Origin: Alphaproteobacteria bacterium
GTDB lineage: Bacteria; Pseudomonadota; Alphaproteobacteria; SHVV01
DNA length: 64,000 nucleotides
NCBI GenBank assembly: GCA_965261735.1
Contig: OZ253470.1
Span: forward strand, 1 to 64,000
Direction: 5' to 3'
Below the pieces are notes generated by a model, which worked only from the letters and a program-made list of their open reading frames with translations, was not told the origin of the DNA and searched no databases. Each line of letters starts with the position of its first letter. Position 1 is the stretch's first letter. Positions 9,875 to 20,018 of the stretch are shown piece after piece. Position numbers and translations under genes: made by a program.

Positions 9875-10411
9875 CGCGCCCGCCCTCAGCGGGCCTCGCC
9901 GAGCCGTCGCGGCGGAGTAGCTGCAGACTGGGCCCGTGAGCCGGTATTTGCCATAGCGTATCTAGGCCGCATCGCCCGGTTATTCGTCGATTCGAACCTG
10001 GTAGGCCATGATCGGGGCCGTGGCCGCCTGCCAGGACGTGCGCGCTTCCATACGCGCAATCCAGGCGGCGACATTGGGCGTTTCCTCCAGGAGAATCCCG
10101 GCCGCCTCACGCCACACGAACGTCGTAGCGAGAGCGAAGTCAGCTAGGCTCAGCGAGCCCGCAACCCATTCGCGATCGCCAAGGCTGGCGTCTAGGACCT
10201 TCAGTAGGGTGCTGGTCTCCGCCACGGACGTCTCGACGACACTTTCGTCCGGCTCGCCCATACCGAACTTCCTTTTCAAGACCCGTTCGAATGAGACCCT
10301 CTGCATGGCTGGACCGAGGTGAATGGCCTGCCAATACGACCATTGATCGACGGCGGCGCGTGTTGCGATTTCTTCGGGGTAGAGGCGACGTCGCGGGTCT
10401 TTCGAGGCTAG

Positions 10412-12058
10412 GAGCGTGCGCCGCAGAAAGGTCCGCGCGGCAAAGTTGATAGCGGACGGGTTGTGGGTGGATTTGCGCAGGGGGAAGTATGATCCGATAC
10501 GCCAGTTGCGTGTGGGAACTCCCGATGCCGACCACGTTTCGTGCCTACCAGCCGGACCAACCCTTGCTTTTGCCGCCGGACTTGCAGGAGTGGGTTTCCC
10601 CAGGGCACCTGGCTCATCACGTCAGCGATGTGGTCGATGCACTGGACTTGACGGCGTTCTATGCGCCCTACGAGGGGGACGGTCGACGCAACGCCCCCTA
10701 CGAGCCGTCGATGATGGTCAAGGTGCTGATCTATGCCTACGCGACGGGCACATTCTCCTCGCGCGCGGTGGCGAGGAAGCTGGAGGAGGATGTAGCGTTT
10801 AGGATGCTCGCGGCGGGCAACTTCCCGCAACATCGCACGGTATGTGAGTTCCGACGCCGACATCTGGCGGAGTTCAGCGAGCTGTTTGTGGGGGTGGTGC
10901 AGGTGGCGCGCGAGATGGGACTGGCGCGGTTCGGCAAGCTCTCGGTCGACGGGACGAAGGTGCGAGCGAACGCGAGCAAGCGCAAGGCGATGAGCTATGA
11001 GCGGATGGGCAAAGAGGCGGCTCGCTTGCAGGCGGAGATCGAGGCGCTGCTGACGACGGCGGGGATGGTGGACGCCGAAGAAGACGAGCGTTGGGGCGAG
11101 GATTTCCGGGGCGACGAGTTGCCCGAGGAGTTGCAACGCAGGGAGAAGCGCCTGGCGGCGATCCAGGCAGCCAAAGCGCGTTTGGAGGCGGCGCAACGCG
11201 GGCGCGACGATGAGCGCGGGCGCGAGCCGGGGCAGGACCGCAATCCCCGGGGCGGGCGGCCTTACAAGCGGGCCTACGGCGAGCCCGAGCCGAAGGCGCA
11301 GAGCAATTTCACCGATCCCGAGAGCCAGATCATGAAGACCAGCAGCGAGGGGTTCCAGCAGTGCTACAACGCGCAGATGGCGGTCGATGGGGAGCACCAG
11401 ATCATCGTCGCGACTCAGGTGGGGCCACAGGCCAGCGACCAGGGTCAGCTGGTGGGGATGCTCGACGAGATCAACGAGACGTTTGGGGTCGAGCCTGCGG
11501 TGGTACTGGCCGATGCGGGCTACTGCAACGAGCCGGATCTGTTGGAGCTGGAAGATCGCGGCATCGACGCGCACGTAGCGCTGGGGCGTGAAGGCAAGTC
11601 CCAGGTGGCGGTCGACCCGGCCCGGCTCCCTGCCACGCACCGCATGGGTGAGAAACTGGCGAGCCCCGCGGGCAAAGCCCGGTACGCGCAACGCAAGTGG
11701 CTCTCGGAGGCGCCGAACGGGTGGATCAAGGAGGTGCTCGGATTCCGACGATTCAGCCTGCGAGGCTTGGCGAAGGTGCGCGGCGAGTGGGACCTCGTGT
11801 GCTTGGCGTTGAACATCAAGCGGATGGGGACGGTGGCCACGTGCTGAGGCAGGTGCTGGCCTGCCAACGCACTTGATCCGGGGCGCGCAGTGCCCATCGA
11901 CCGCGTATGAAACGCGAATCTCTTCCCTTCCGGCCTTCCGGTCTGGGATTTCCATCCCAGAGTCGGGCGGGCCAGATATCCACACTCGGGCCAAAATCCC
12001 ACCTCTCCGGCGGCCGCGCGCCAATCGCCCAACATCAAAACTTCTACGGCGCACGCTC
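10412..12058 (+). mobile_element. IS1182-family insertion sequence, 1647 bp
   Basis: TIRs GAGCGTGCGCCG(C/T)AGAA; 4-bp CTAG target duplication at 10408-10411 and 12059-12062. Confidence 0.92.
10525..11847 (+). CDS. IS1182-family transposase
   Basis: MPTTFRAYQPDQPLLLP (DUF772-type), VDGTKVRANAS, TDPES, YNAQ, LADAGY, RRFSLRG. Confidence 0.92.
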   Translation: MPTTFRAYQPDQPLLLPPDLQEWVSPGHLAHHVSDVVDALDLTAFYAPYEGDGRRNAPYEPSMMVKVLIYAYATGTFSSRAVARKLEEDVAFRMLAAGNFPQHRTVCEFRRRHLAEFSELFVGVVQVAREMGLARFGKLSVDGTKVRANASKRKAMSYERMGKEAARLQAEIEALLTTAGMVDAEEDERWGEDFRGDELPEELQRREKRLAAIQAAKARLEAAQRGRDDERGREPGQDRNPRGGRPYKRAYGEPEPKAQSNFTDPESQIMKTSSEGFQQCYNAQMAVDGEHQIIVATQVGPQASDQGQLVGMLDEINETFGVEPAVVLADAGYCNEPDLLELEDRGIDAHVALGREGKSQVAVDPARLPATHRMGEKLASPAGKARYAQRKWLSEAPNGWIKEVLGFRRFSLRGLAKVRGEWDLVCLALNIKRMGTVATC

Positions 12059-12509
12059 CTAGGTAGGCGTTGATGGCGCGGCTCTCCCAGAGGACGAGCC
12101 CGTCGTCCGCAAGCACCGGCACCTTCCCGTTGGGATTCATCGCGAGGTAGGCGTCGCTCTTGTGCTCTCGGGCTCGCAGGTCGAGCTCGATGATTTCGAG
12201 TTCGAGCCCGAACTCGTTTGCCACCGCGCGGACACGTAAGCAGTTGGGGGAGAGATTCGCGTTATAGAGCTTGATGATAGCCTCGATAGGTTGCTACAGA
12301 CATTGCGCGAGATGTCTCGGTGCGGTGCGCGAGCAGTTCCCCGGTGTGTCCCGAGCACGCTAGCCGGAGGGCGCGCGGCGTACGGCGTACCGCGTACGCA
12401 AGGACAGAGAGTTCTTGATAGGGCTGTATCCAAGGCCGCTGCACGAAGCGGCGACGGGGCGCCAGGTGCCGTCATGGCGCCGCACCGCGGGCCGCCTTAT
12501 CGGCGGTCG

Positions 12510-14348
12510 CTAGCCTGCCGCCAGGGCCTCCTCGAGCAGCGACTGGTGCAGCGCGGCCTCCTGCTGCTTCGCCCACATGGCCGCATAGTGGCCATCGCGG
12601 GCGAGTAGCAGCTCATGCGTGCCGCGCTCGATCACCCGACCCTCGTCGAGCACGATAATCTCCTCGGCATCCACGATGGTCGACAACCGGTGGGCGATGA
12701 CCAACGTGGTACGGCTTTCCGCGACCTCGCGCAGCGACGCCTGGATCTCCTTCTCGGTGTGCGAATCGAGGGACGAGGTGGCCTCGTCGAAGACCAGGAT
12801 TCGCGGGTCCTTGAGAATGGTCCGCGCAATCGCCACGCGCTGCTTCTCGCCGCCCGAGAGCTTGAGCCCGCGCTCGCCGACCATCGTTTCGTAGCCGTCC
12901 GGCAAGCCGGCGATGAAGGCATCGATGTGGGCGAGGCGCGCCGCCTCCGCGACCTCGTGCGGCTCGGCATCGGGGCGCCCGTAACGGATGTTGTAGCCGA
13001 TGGTATCGTTGAACAGGACGGTATCCTGGGGAACGATGCCGATGGCGGTGCGCAGGCTGTCTTGTTTCACGTCCCTAAGATCCTGGCCGTCGATGCGAAT
13101 AGCACCCGAATCGACGTCGTAGAAGCGGAAGAGCAGCCGCGAGACAGTCGACTTGCCGGCGCCGCTGGCACCGACGATCGCGAGCGTACGGCCCGGCGGC
13201 ACCGAGAAGGACACGTCCTTGAGGATCGGCCGGCGCACGTCATAGGCGAAGCTCACGCCATCGAACGCCACCTCGCCGTGCGCCACCGCCAGCGGCTTCG
13301 CGTTGGGCCCATCGTCGATCTCGCGCTCGACCCGCACCAGCTCGAACATCTTCTCCATGTCGACGAGCGACTGCTTGATCTCGCGATACACGAAGCCGAG
13401 GAAGTTGAGCGGCATGTAGAGCTGGATCAGGAAGGTGTTGACGAGGACGAAGTCGCCGAGCGTCATGGTCCCGGCCGCGACCTCGCGCCCCGCCATCATC
13501 ATGATAGTAATCAGGCCGCCGGCCATGATCACGCCCTGGCCGATATTGAGCAGCGAGAGGGTGGTGTGGCTCTTCACCGCCGCGCGCTCGTAGCTCGCGA
13601 GCGAGGTGTCGAAGCGGTCGGCCTCGTGAGCCTCGTTGCCGAAATACTTGACGGTTTCGTAGTTGAGCAGGCTGTCGATCGCCTTGGTGCTGGCCTCGCT
13701 GTCGATCTTGTTCATCTCGCGGCGGAACTTGGTGCGCCACTCGGTGACGGCGAAGGTAAAGCCGATATAGCCAACGATGACGCCTAAGGTGATGATCGCG
13801 AACCAGGCGCTGTAGCGCACGAGCAGGATGCCGCAGACCAGCGAAATCTCGAACAAGGTCGGCAGGATGTTGAACAGCATGAAGTTGAGCAGGAACTGAA
13901 TGCCCTTGGTGCCGCGCTCGATGGCCCGCGACAGCCCCCCGGTTTGACGCTCGAGATGGAAGCGCAGCGACAACCTGTGGAGGTGCTTGAAGGTCGCCAG
14001 CGCGACCGAGCGGATCGCGTGCTGGGAGACCTTCGCGAACACCGCGTCGCGGAGCTCGCCGAACGCCTGCGCGAGCACGCGGGCGATGCCGTAGGCGAGA
14101 ATCGCCGCGACCGGGAGGGCGATGACCACGGCGGTGGCCACGTCGAGAGCATCGACCGCCGCTTTGTACATGAACGGGACGTAAACGTTGGCGATCTTGG
14201 CTGATGCGAGCAATACCATCGCGACCGCCACCCGCACCCGGAGATCGAAGCGCCCGTGCGGCCACAGGAACGGCAGCAGCGAGCGCGCGGTCGCGAGGTG
14301 ATTGCGCTCGACCGCGAGGTCATCGGAATCGTAGTAGGGCCGCCTCAT
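12510..14348 (-). CDS. ATM1/HMT1-type ABC exporter (fused TMD-NBD)
   Basis: FHLERQTGGL, DSLLNYETVKYF, PLNFLG, GASGAGKS, GERGLKLSGGEKQR, DEATS; start placed at ATG 14348. Confidence 0.93.
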   Translation of the reverse strand: MRRPYYDSDDLAVERNHLATARSLLPFLWPHGRFDLRVRVAVAMVLLASAKIANVYVPFMYKAAVDALDVATAVVIALPVAAILAYGIARVLAQAFGELRDAVFAKVSQHAIRSVALATFKHLHRLSLRFHLERQTGGLSRAIERGTKGIQFLLNFMLFNILPTLFEISLVCGILLVRYSAWFAIITLGVIVGYIGFTFAVTEWRTKFRREMNKIDSEASTKAIDSLLNYETVKYFGNEAHEADRFDTSLASYERAAVKSHTTLSLLNIGQGVIMAGGLITIMMMAGREVAAGTMTLGDFVLVNTFLIQLYMPLNFLGFVYREIKQSLVDMEKMFELVRVEREIDDGPNAKPLAVAHGEVAFDGVSFAYDVRRPILKDVSFSVPPGRTLAIVGASGAGKSTVSRLLFRFYDVDSGAIRIDGQDLRDVKQDSLRTAIGIVPQDTVLFNDTIGYNIRYGRPDAEPHEVAEAARLAHIDAFIAGLPDGYETMVGERGLKLSGGEKQRVAIARTILKDPRILVFDEATSSLDSHTEKEIQASLREVAESRTTLVIAHRLSTIVDAEEIIVLDEGRVIERGTHELLLARDGHYAAMWAKQQEAALHQSLLEEALAAG

Positions 14349-14547
14349 AAGGCGCCCCCGATCCGGCACCGGCCCGCGAGCGGGCGCGGCTCGGGGGACG
14401 CGCGCCCTCCGGCGGTGCCCTCGTTCACCGAATGTAAAGCCCGCGGATGCATTGATGCGCACCACGCCAATCCCGCCACTACCGATTTCATGATTACCTC
14501 AAAAAAACCCACGCCACATCTACGGTGCGATTACCGCTGGACTCCAT

Positions 14548-14955
14548 TTGGAGACTCAGAGGGGTGCTGTCGAGGCCTTGCACGAGAGCATCCACCGTAC
14601 ACTCTCGAGGCTCGCGCTTGAAGCGCCGCTGACGTTTGGCTTCAGGTGGCAGGGCGTCCCGTTTTCGGCGGCGGTCGCGCGCGTGAACGAGCGCCACGTG
14701 CTGAGCGTGTCGGGCAACGTCCGGATGCTACCCTACACGGTCGAGGATTCGGACCTGCGCCGCAGGCTTCTTGAGCTCGTCGCGCGCGAGAGCGACCCGC
14801 TCGCGAGCCGTTTCGCGATCACGCGCGATCAACGCATCGCCTGCCACGGCACTTTCGTGCTGCCCGACCCCCTGAGCCGGGCCTCGGTCATCGGCTGGAC
14901 CGCCACCTATCTGCTCGCCTTCCGGCCGCAGCTCGAGAAGATGTTGGCCGCTTAG
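14548..14955 (+). CDS. Hypothetical protein
   Basis: 135-aa ORF with TTG start filling the gap between two minus-strand genes; plausible composition; no family recognised. Confidence 0.6.
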   Translation: METQRGAVEALHESIHRTLSRLALEAPLTFGFRWQGVPFSAAVARVNERHVLSVSGNVRMLPYTVEDSDLRRRLLELVARESDPLASRFAITRDQRIACHGTFVLPDPLSRASVIGWTATYLLAFRPQLEKMLAA

Positions 14956-14981
14956 CGGGCCACGGCGCGCAGGGTGCGCGT

Positions 14982-16388
14982 TCAGTTGGATTCGGGCAGC
15001 GTGAAGATCTGGCCCGGATAGATCAGGTTCGGATTGCGAATCTGGATCGCGTTCTCGGCGTAGATCACCGTGTACTTGATGCCGCTGCCGTAGGTGGCCC
15101 GGGCGATGCGCCACAGGCTGTTGCCCGGTTGTACCACGACCTGGCCCGGAGCCAGCGCCCCGCCCGGGAGTGCGGCGCGCCGGAACGGCAGGTTGAGCGA
15201 GGCCACGACGGTCCCCGATGGGCCGACCTGCTCGAGCCGCAATGCGTGGCGCCCCGGCGCCACCGGGGACGACGGCGTGAGCCGCCAGTCGCCCGCCTCG
15301 GTGGTCGTCGCTTCACCGAGCGGCTGCTCCTCGACAAAAGCGCGCACGGTGGTCTCCGGCTGCGCCCGACCCGACAGCACCAGGTTTCCGCCGTCGTCGT
15401 AATCGATGACGTCGAGGCTGAGCTCGGCGGGCTTCTCGGGCTCACCGGCAAAGGGGTTGGGCCCGTCCTCGGGCGCCGCGGAGGCACCGCCGGAAGCCGG
15501 AGTAAGCTTCGCGAGCTCCTGCGCGATCGCCGTATCCGTAGCCGGCGCTTCGGCGCCTGCAGTGGCTACGCGCGCGGTCTCGGTCGCCGCCGCCTCGGGC
15601 GGCGCGGGCGCGACCTGCGCCACGACCTCGGACTTCGCCGGCTGTGGCCCGGTGTCCGCTGCGGCGGCCACACCCGTCGCGGGCCTGGCCTTGGGCAGCG
15701 GCGCGCCCGGTATTACGCCGCTAGCGACGGCCGTGCCTTCGGGCACCGATCCGGGGGTCTGCGTAGACTGTGCGGACTGGGCGCCTTGAACGGCTTGCGG
15801 CCGCTGCAACAGGGTGCTCGGGCCATCGCCTTCGCGTGTCGTCAGCACGGCCACGGCAGGTCCGGCGGCAGCGCCGGTGTCCTCGTCCTCGGGAACGATG
15901 AGTACGACGATCTCCTCGGACTCAATGGCGGGCTTGTCCGGCGCTTGCGCGGTCAGGCTCAGTTGGCGCGCGCCCCCGGGGATCGGCGCCTCGGGCACGA
16001 CCACCCATTCGCCGCGGTTGTCGGCGGTGGCGCTCCCGATGGCCTCCCGACCGTCCCTTACAATCACCGTCGCGCCGGGCTCTGCGCGGCCGGCGATGAC
16101 GGCGTTCCCCGCCGGATTGACCCGAACGATGTCGAATGTCGGTGGCGGCGAAGGCGCGGTGATGGCGGCGGGGGCGTCCGGCGCCGGTGTCTTCGCTGCC
16201 AACTCCGTCGCCGGCTCGGGTTGAGCGGGCGCGCCTGGGCCGGGTTTGGCACCTGGAGCCGTTGGCGTGGCCTTGACCGTCCCCTGCGGGCGCAATACCT
16301 CGTCGCCCTCGAACTCGATACCGGAGACGAGCATGACGGCCGCGACGCCGAGCGCGGCGAGTAGAGCGATGACGAGGGTTCCGCGCAC
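14982..16388 (-). CDS. LysM peptidoglycan-binding protein with two Ig-like repeats
   Basis: N-terminal TM, two (A/S)GRA(E/Q)P...G(E/D)W repeats, P/A-rich linker, C-terminal VQPGNSLWRIA...NPNLIYPGQ. Confidence 0.9.
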   Translation of the reverse strand: MRGTLVIALLAALGVAAVMLVSGIEFEGDEVLRPQGTVKATPTAPGAKPGPGAPAQPEPATELAAKTPAPDAPAAITAPSPPPTFDIVRVNPAGNAVIAGRAEPGATVIVRDGREAIGSATADNRGEWVVVPEAPIPGGARQLSLTAQAPDKPAIESEEIVVLIVPEDEDTGAAAGPAVAVLTTREGDGPSTLLQRPQAVQGAQSAQSTQTPGSVPEGTAVASGVIPGAPLPKARPATGVAAAADTGPQPAKSEVVAQVAPAPPEAAATETARVATAGAEAPATDTAIAQELAKLTPASGGASAAPEDGPNPFAGEPEKPAELSLDVIDYDDGGNLVLSGRAQPETTVRAFVEEQPLGEATTTEAGDWRLTPSSPVAPGRHALRLEQVGPSGTVVASLNLPFRRAALPGGALAPGQVVVQPGNSLWRIARATYGSGIKYTVIYAENAIQIRNPNLIYPGQIFTLPESN

Positions 16389-16531
16389 GACCGTGGTTCC
16401 CCAGGGGTGGATTCCGTACGCTGCAGCTTAGTACGCTGACCCTGTAGCGGCAATGTGAAAGCCGGCCGAACGTGCAACGGTACGTTGCCGCGACAGGGCC
16501 CAACGCGGCGCTGCGGGCTCCCTCCGCGGTG

Positions 16532-17428
16532 TTAGCGCTTGGGCCGCTCGACCTTGTTGACGACCGGAGGCACCGACTTGAGGTAGACCGCGATGGCCTC
16601 GAGGTCATCATCGCTCAGGTGCTCGAGACCATCACGGATCACCAGCCCCATCGATCCCCCGACCAGCTGAAAATCGGTATTCACGGCGTTTTTGAAGAGA
16701 AAGACGAGGTCGGCCTCGCTCCACCGGCCGATGCCCGTCTCCTCGTGCGGAGTGATGTTCGGCACGAGCTCACCCTCTGGCCCATCCACCGTTCCCGCCA
16801 AATAGAGTGAGCGCTTGGGGGCACCCATGACGTTGCGCGGGGTATGGCACTCACTGCAATGGGCGAGCGCGGTAACGAGATACGCACCGCGATTCCACTG
16901 CGCCGACTGGTCAGGATTCGGCTCGAACGTCCCGTCCTCGAAGAAAAGGAGCTTCCAGAACCATTGTAGGAAGCGCCAGCCAAAGGGCGGTATGAGCTCG
17001 TGATCGCGATTTGGATTGCTCACGGGCGCAAGCGAGAACAGGTGAGCCTTGATCGCGATCGCGTCGTCGTAGGTTAGGCCGGTGTATGAGGTAAACGGGA
17101 AGGCCGGGAAATAGTGCGATCCATCGGGCGTAATCCCGCTGCGCAGGGCGCGCACGAAGTTCGCGTTGGTCCAGCGCCCGATACCGGTCTCCGGGTCGGG
17201 CGTGATGTTAGGGCTATAGAAGGTGCCAAACGGGGTCTTGAGGGCGCGCCCGCCGGCGAATTGGGGCCCGCCCTTCGCGGTATGGCAGGTCACGCAGCCG
17301 CCGGCACGGACCAGGTAGGCGCCGCGCGATGCCGCGTCGTAGGCGGCGATGCCGCCGCCGGACCCAGCGATGGCCGCGACGGTAGTTGCCACCCCCAGAA
17401 GAGCCCGGCGCCATGCTCGCAACTTCAC
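16532..17428 (-). CDS. Diheme cytochrome c (dehydrogenase cytochrome-subunit-like)
   Basis: CVTCH and CSECH; TPFGTFYSPNITPD, YFPAFPFTSY, RGAYLV; start uncertain (GTG 17428 chosen, just past the terminator). Confidence 0.88.
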   Translation of the reverse strand: MKLRAWRRALLGVATTVAAIAGSGGGIAAYDAASRGAYLVRAGGCVTCHTAKGGPQFAGGRALKTPFGTFYSPNITPDPETGIGRWTNANFVRALRSGITPDGSHYFPAFPFTSYTGLTYDDAIAIKAHLFSLAPVSNPNRDHELIPPFGWRFLQWFWKLLFFEDGTFEPNPDQSAQWNRGAYLVTALAHCSECHTPRNVMGAPKRSLYLAGTVDGPEGELVPNITPHEETGIGRWSEADLVFLFKNAVNTDFQLVGGSMGLVIRDGLEHLSDDDLEAIAVYLKSVPPVVNKVERPKR

Positions 17429-17445
17429 CAGGGCGCGAGCATAGC

Positions 17446-17487
17446 AAAAAAGCCCGGGCGGCGTTGGGGGCTCGCCCGCCACCCGGG
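17446..17487 (-). terminator. Rho-independent terminator, probably originally that of the cytochrome c' gene
   Basis: CCCGGGUGGCG/CGCCGCCCGGG stem followed by C-U6 on the minus strand. Confidence 0.7.
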
Positions 17488-18139
17488 AGAACGTGGCTTG
17501 CCTATCTGGTTAACGCCCATGACCGCTACATGTAGGGTGCCGCCACTCTCCCGAGTAAAGCTCGGCATAGGTTGGAGCAGAGGTGTCGCCCGCGATGCCG
17601 AGCAATGAGCGGAAGGCGTTGAACGGGTAGAACCGCCTGTTGAAGCGGAAGGTGAACTCGTTGAGGTAGGCTTGTAGGTGCTGGTGGCTAACGCCGTGAT
17701 GGATACCGATCAGCCACGTCTTCAGGTTGGCGAAAACCAGATGGATGATCGGCAGGTATTGCTCGGCAACCTCTGGATCACCACACTCGGCAACAGCGAA
17801 GTGCTCATAGCCGCGCTTACCGAGGCCAGCATAGCCGCTCCAATCGTCAGTAACGATCAGCGATCGCGGCGCGACGGTGCTCTCGACGAACCCACAGAGC
17901 GACTCGGCGCTACGGTCGAGCACGACGGCGAGCCGAACGCGTCCGGCATAGCGTCCGTCTTTCCGGTTGTCGAGCTTGGTGCCCGGCTTTCGATGACGCA
18001 CCTCGATGGCACAGGAGACGGGAACCTTGTGGTGAACACCACGGCCTTCCCCACGCGTTCGCCCGCCAACCCAGGTTTCGTCCACCTCAACATGGTTCTT
18101 GGGCTGTCCACCGATCCTGTCTTGGTTGGGCCGCACCAT

Positions 18140-19533
18140 GGCTGTGTCTCGAAAGTGGTGGAAATTTGAGGATGGCGTAATCTCCGGGTGACAAGACAAC
18201 CACCCAATCGGCGGCTAGCACCGCCAAGGAGATCACGCCATGAAGAACACTACCGAGACTTCCGCGCTTTCGCTACTGGCCAATGACGCCGGCTATGATC
18301 CGATCGAGGACCGGCTGCGGGAGAACATCAGATCCACGATCGAGGCCGTTTTTGAGGAGGAACTTGCGCAGTTTCTCGGGCGCTGCCGATACGGTCGAGA
18401 GGACGCGCTTCGGCAAGGGTATCGGAACGGGCACCGGGAGCGGCAACTGACGGGGACATTCGGGACCGAGAGGGTGAGCGTGCCGCGTGCGCGGATCGTT
18501 GAGGAAGACGGTCGGGCGTCGGAATGGCGTTCGCGGGCGCTGCCGCGCTACCAGCGGCTGACCAGAAAGGCCGAGGCGCTGATCGCTTCGGTGTATCTGT
18601 CCGGAACCAACACGCGGCGGGTGAAACGCGCGCTGTTCGGGCTCTTCCGGGGTGCTGTGAGCAAGGACGTTGTGAGCCGGGCGTGGCGCAAGGTGAAGGT
18701 CGATTGGGACGCCTGGTGCAGCCGTGGCCTCGCGGATGAGGATATCGTTCGGCTGATCCTTGACGGCACTGTGATCAAGACCCGACTGGACCGCAAGGCC
18801 ACCAACATCTCGGTTCTCGCGGCTATAGGGGTGCGCCGGGATGGCCAGAAGGTCTTGCTTTCGATCGGGAATATGGGCGGAGAAAGCCAGGCGGCGTGGC
18901 GCCAGTTCCTCGACGACCTTGATGCGCGTGGACTGAAACGGCCCGGGTTTGTCATCGTCGATGGCGCGCCGGGACTGGAGGCGGCTCTGTCGGCGCTTTG
19001 GGGCGATGACCTTCCCGTTCAACGCTGCACCGTGCACAAGCACCGCAACCTTCTGGGTCATGCTCCCAAACACATGCATGACGAGCTGAGCGAAGATTAC
19101 CGCGATATGATCTATGCTGACACTGCCTCCGAGGTGGAAACCCGCCGCAAGGCGTTTGTCCGCAAGTGGCGGCTGAAATGCAGGGCCGTCGCGGACAGCC
19201 TCGCAGAAGCGGGCGACAAGCTCTTTACCTTCACGCGCCTGTCCAAGAGCCAATGGAAATCAGCCCGAACGACCAACGCCATTGAGCGTCTCAACGAGGA
19301 GTTCAAGCGCCGGATCAAAACACAGACCGTGCTGCCGTGTCCCGAAACAGTGCCGATGCTCCTCTGGGCACTCCTCGCTTCCGGCCAAATCCAGATGCGC
19401 AAAGTCAATGGATGGGAAACCCTCGATCAGCTAATCGCCGACGAAACCCTTGACCGCGCAGCCTGACCGCCGCAAAACTCAACCCGCTCGAAGAGGCGCC
19501 AAAACCAATTTCCACCACTTTCGAGACACAACC
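18140..19533 (+). mobile_element. IS256-family insertion sequence, 1394 bp
   Basis: 27-bp TIRs GG(C/T)TGTGTCTCGAAAGTGGTGGAAATT; perfect 8-bp TSD CGCACCAT at 18132-18139 and 19534-19541. Confidence 0.95.
18240..19466 (+). CDS. IS256-family transposase
   Basis: YRNGHRER, LILDG, IVDGAPGL, QRCTVH, TTNAIERLNEEFKRR. Confidence 0.95.
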   Translation: MKNTTETSALSLLANDAGYDPIEDRLRENIRSTIEAVFEEELAQFLGRCRYGREDALRQGYRNGHRERQLTGTFGTERVSVPRARIVEEDGRASEWRSRALPRYQRLTRKAEALIASVYLSGTNTRRVKRALFGLFRGAVSKDVVSRAWRKVKVDWDAWCSRGLADEDIVRLILDGTVIKTRLDRKATNISVLAAIGVRRDGQKVLLSIGNMGGESQAAWRQFLDDLDARGLKRPGFVIVDGAPGLEAALSALWGDDLPVQRCTVHKHRNLLGHAPKHMHDELSEDYRDMIYADTASEVETRRKAFVRKWRLKCRAVADSLAEAGDKLFTFTRLSKSQWKSARTTNAIERLNEEFKRRIKTQTVLPCPETVPMLLWALLASGQIQMRKVNGWETLDQLIADETLDRAA

Positions 19534-19961
19534 CGCACCATGCCCGAGCGGAGCTTGTGGAGAATTTGAAAGGCCGTCTCGTAGCGCGAAAGACCAAGTT
19601 GCCGCTGAAACTGCACGGCGGACATGCCGGGCGTCTGACTGGCGACCAGATAAGCGGCCCAGAACCAGACGTTCAGCGGAGTGTGGCTACGCTCCATCAC
19701 TGTTCCCACCGTCAGCCCGGTGTTCTGGCGGCACTTGCGGCAGCGCAGGACGCCAGGGCGGTTTTCAAAGTGGAACGGCTCTCCCGCCGTGCCGCAGTGC
19801 GGGCAGGCAAAGCCGTCTCCCCAGCGGGCTTTCTCCAGGTAGGCGGCGCAGGCCGCATCATCGGGGAAAAGTCGCTGGAACTCGGGTAGCGAATGCGGGA
19901 ATGGGAGATCGGCGCGGTCGAGAACATCCATGGCGCGCTCCCCTATATCCGGGTTGCGCCC

Positions 19962-19990
19962 ATTCTAGCCCTAGTGGGTGTGGGTGTCAA
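19962..19990 (-). promoter_or_regulatory. Sigma70-type promoter of the IS1595 transposase
   Basis: TTGACA-N17-TAGAAT; copy 2 has TTTACA-N17-TAGAAT at 33294-33322. Confidence 0.65.
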
Positions 19991-20018
19991 CCGGATAGGC
20001 AAGGAACGAGGTTGTTTG

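Larger units (their letters stand above)
9980..12278 (-). pseudogene. Glutathione S-transferase split by IS1182 (5' part 12059-12278, 3' part 9980-10411)
   Basis: IKLYNANLSPNC...NPNGKVPVL...LWESRAINAYL joins in frame to ASKDPRRRLYP...SLADFAL once the IS and one CTAG are removed; no ATG at the expected start. Confidence 0.9.
17510..19931 (-). pseudogene. IS1595 transposase split by IS256 (5' 19534-19931, 3' 17510-18139)
   Basis: The two halves match the intact 339-aa transposase at 33353-34372. Confidence 0.93.
17497..20003 (-). mobile_element. IS1595-family (ISSod11-group) element, copy 1, interrupted by IS256
   Basis: TIRs CTTGCCTATC(C/T)GGTT; 8-bp flanks GAACGTGG/GAACGAGG (7/8); length minus IS256 and its TSD is 1105 bp, equal to copy 2. 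Confidence 0.93.

Noticed and set aside
10408-12224. 548-aa antisense ORF and 234-aa GST-IS fusion ORF
   Set aside because: Antisense shadow of the transposase and read-through of the broken GST into IS DNA
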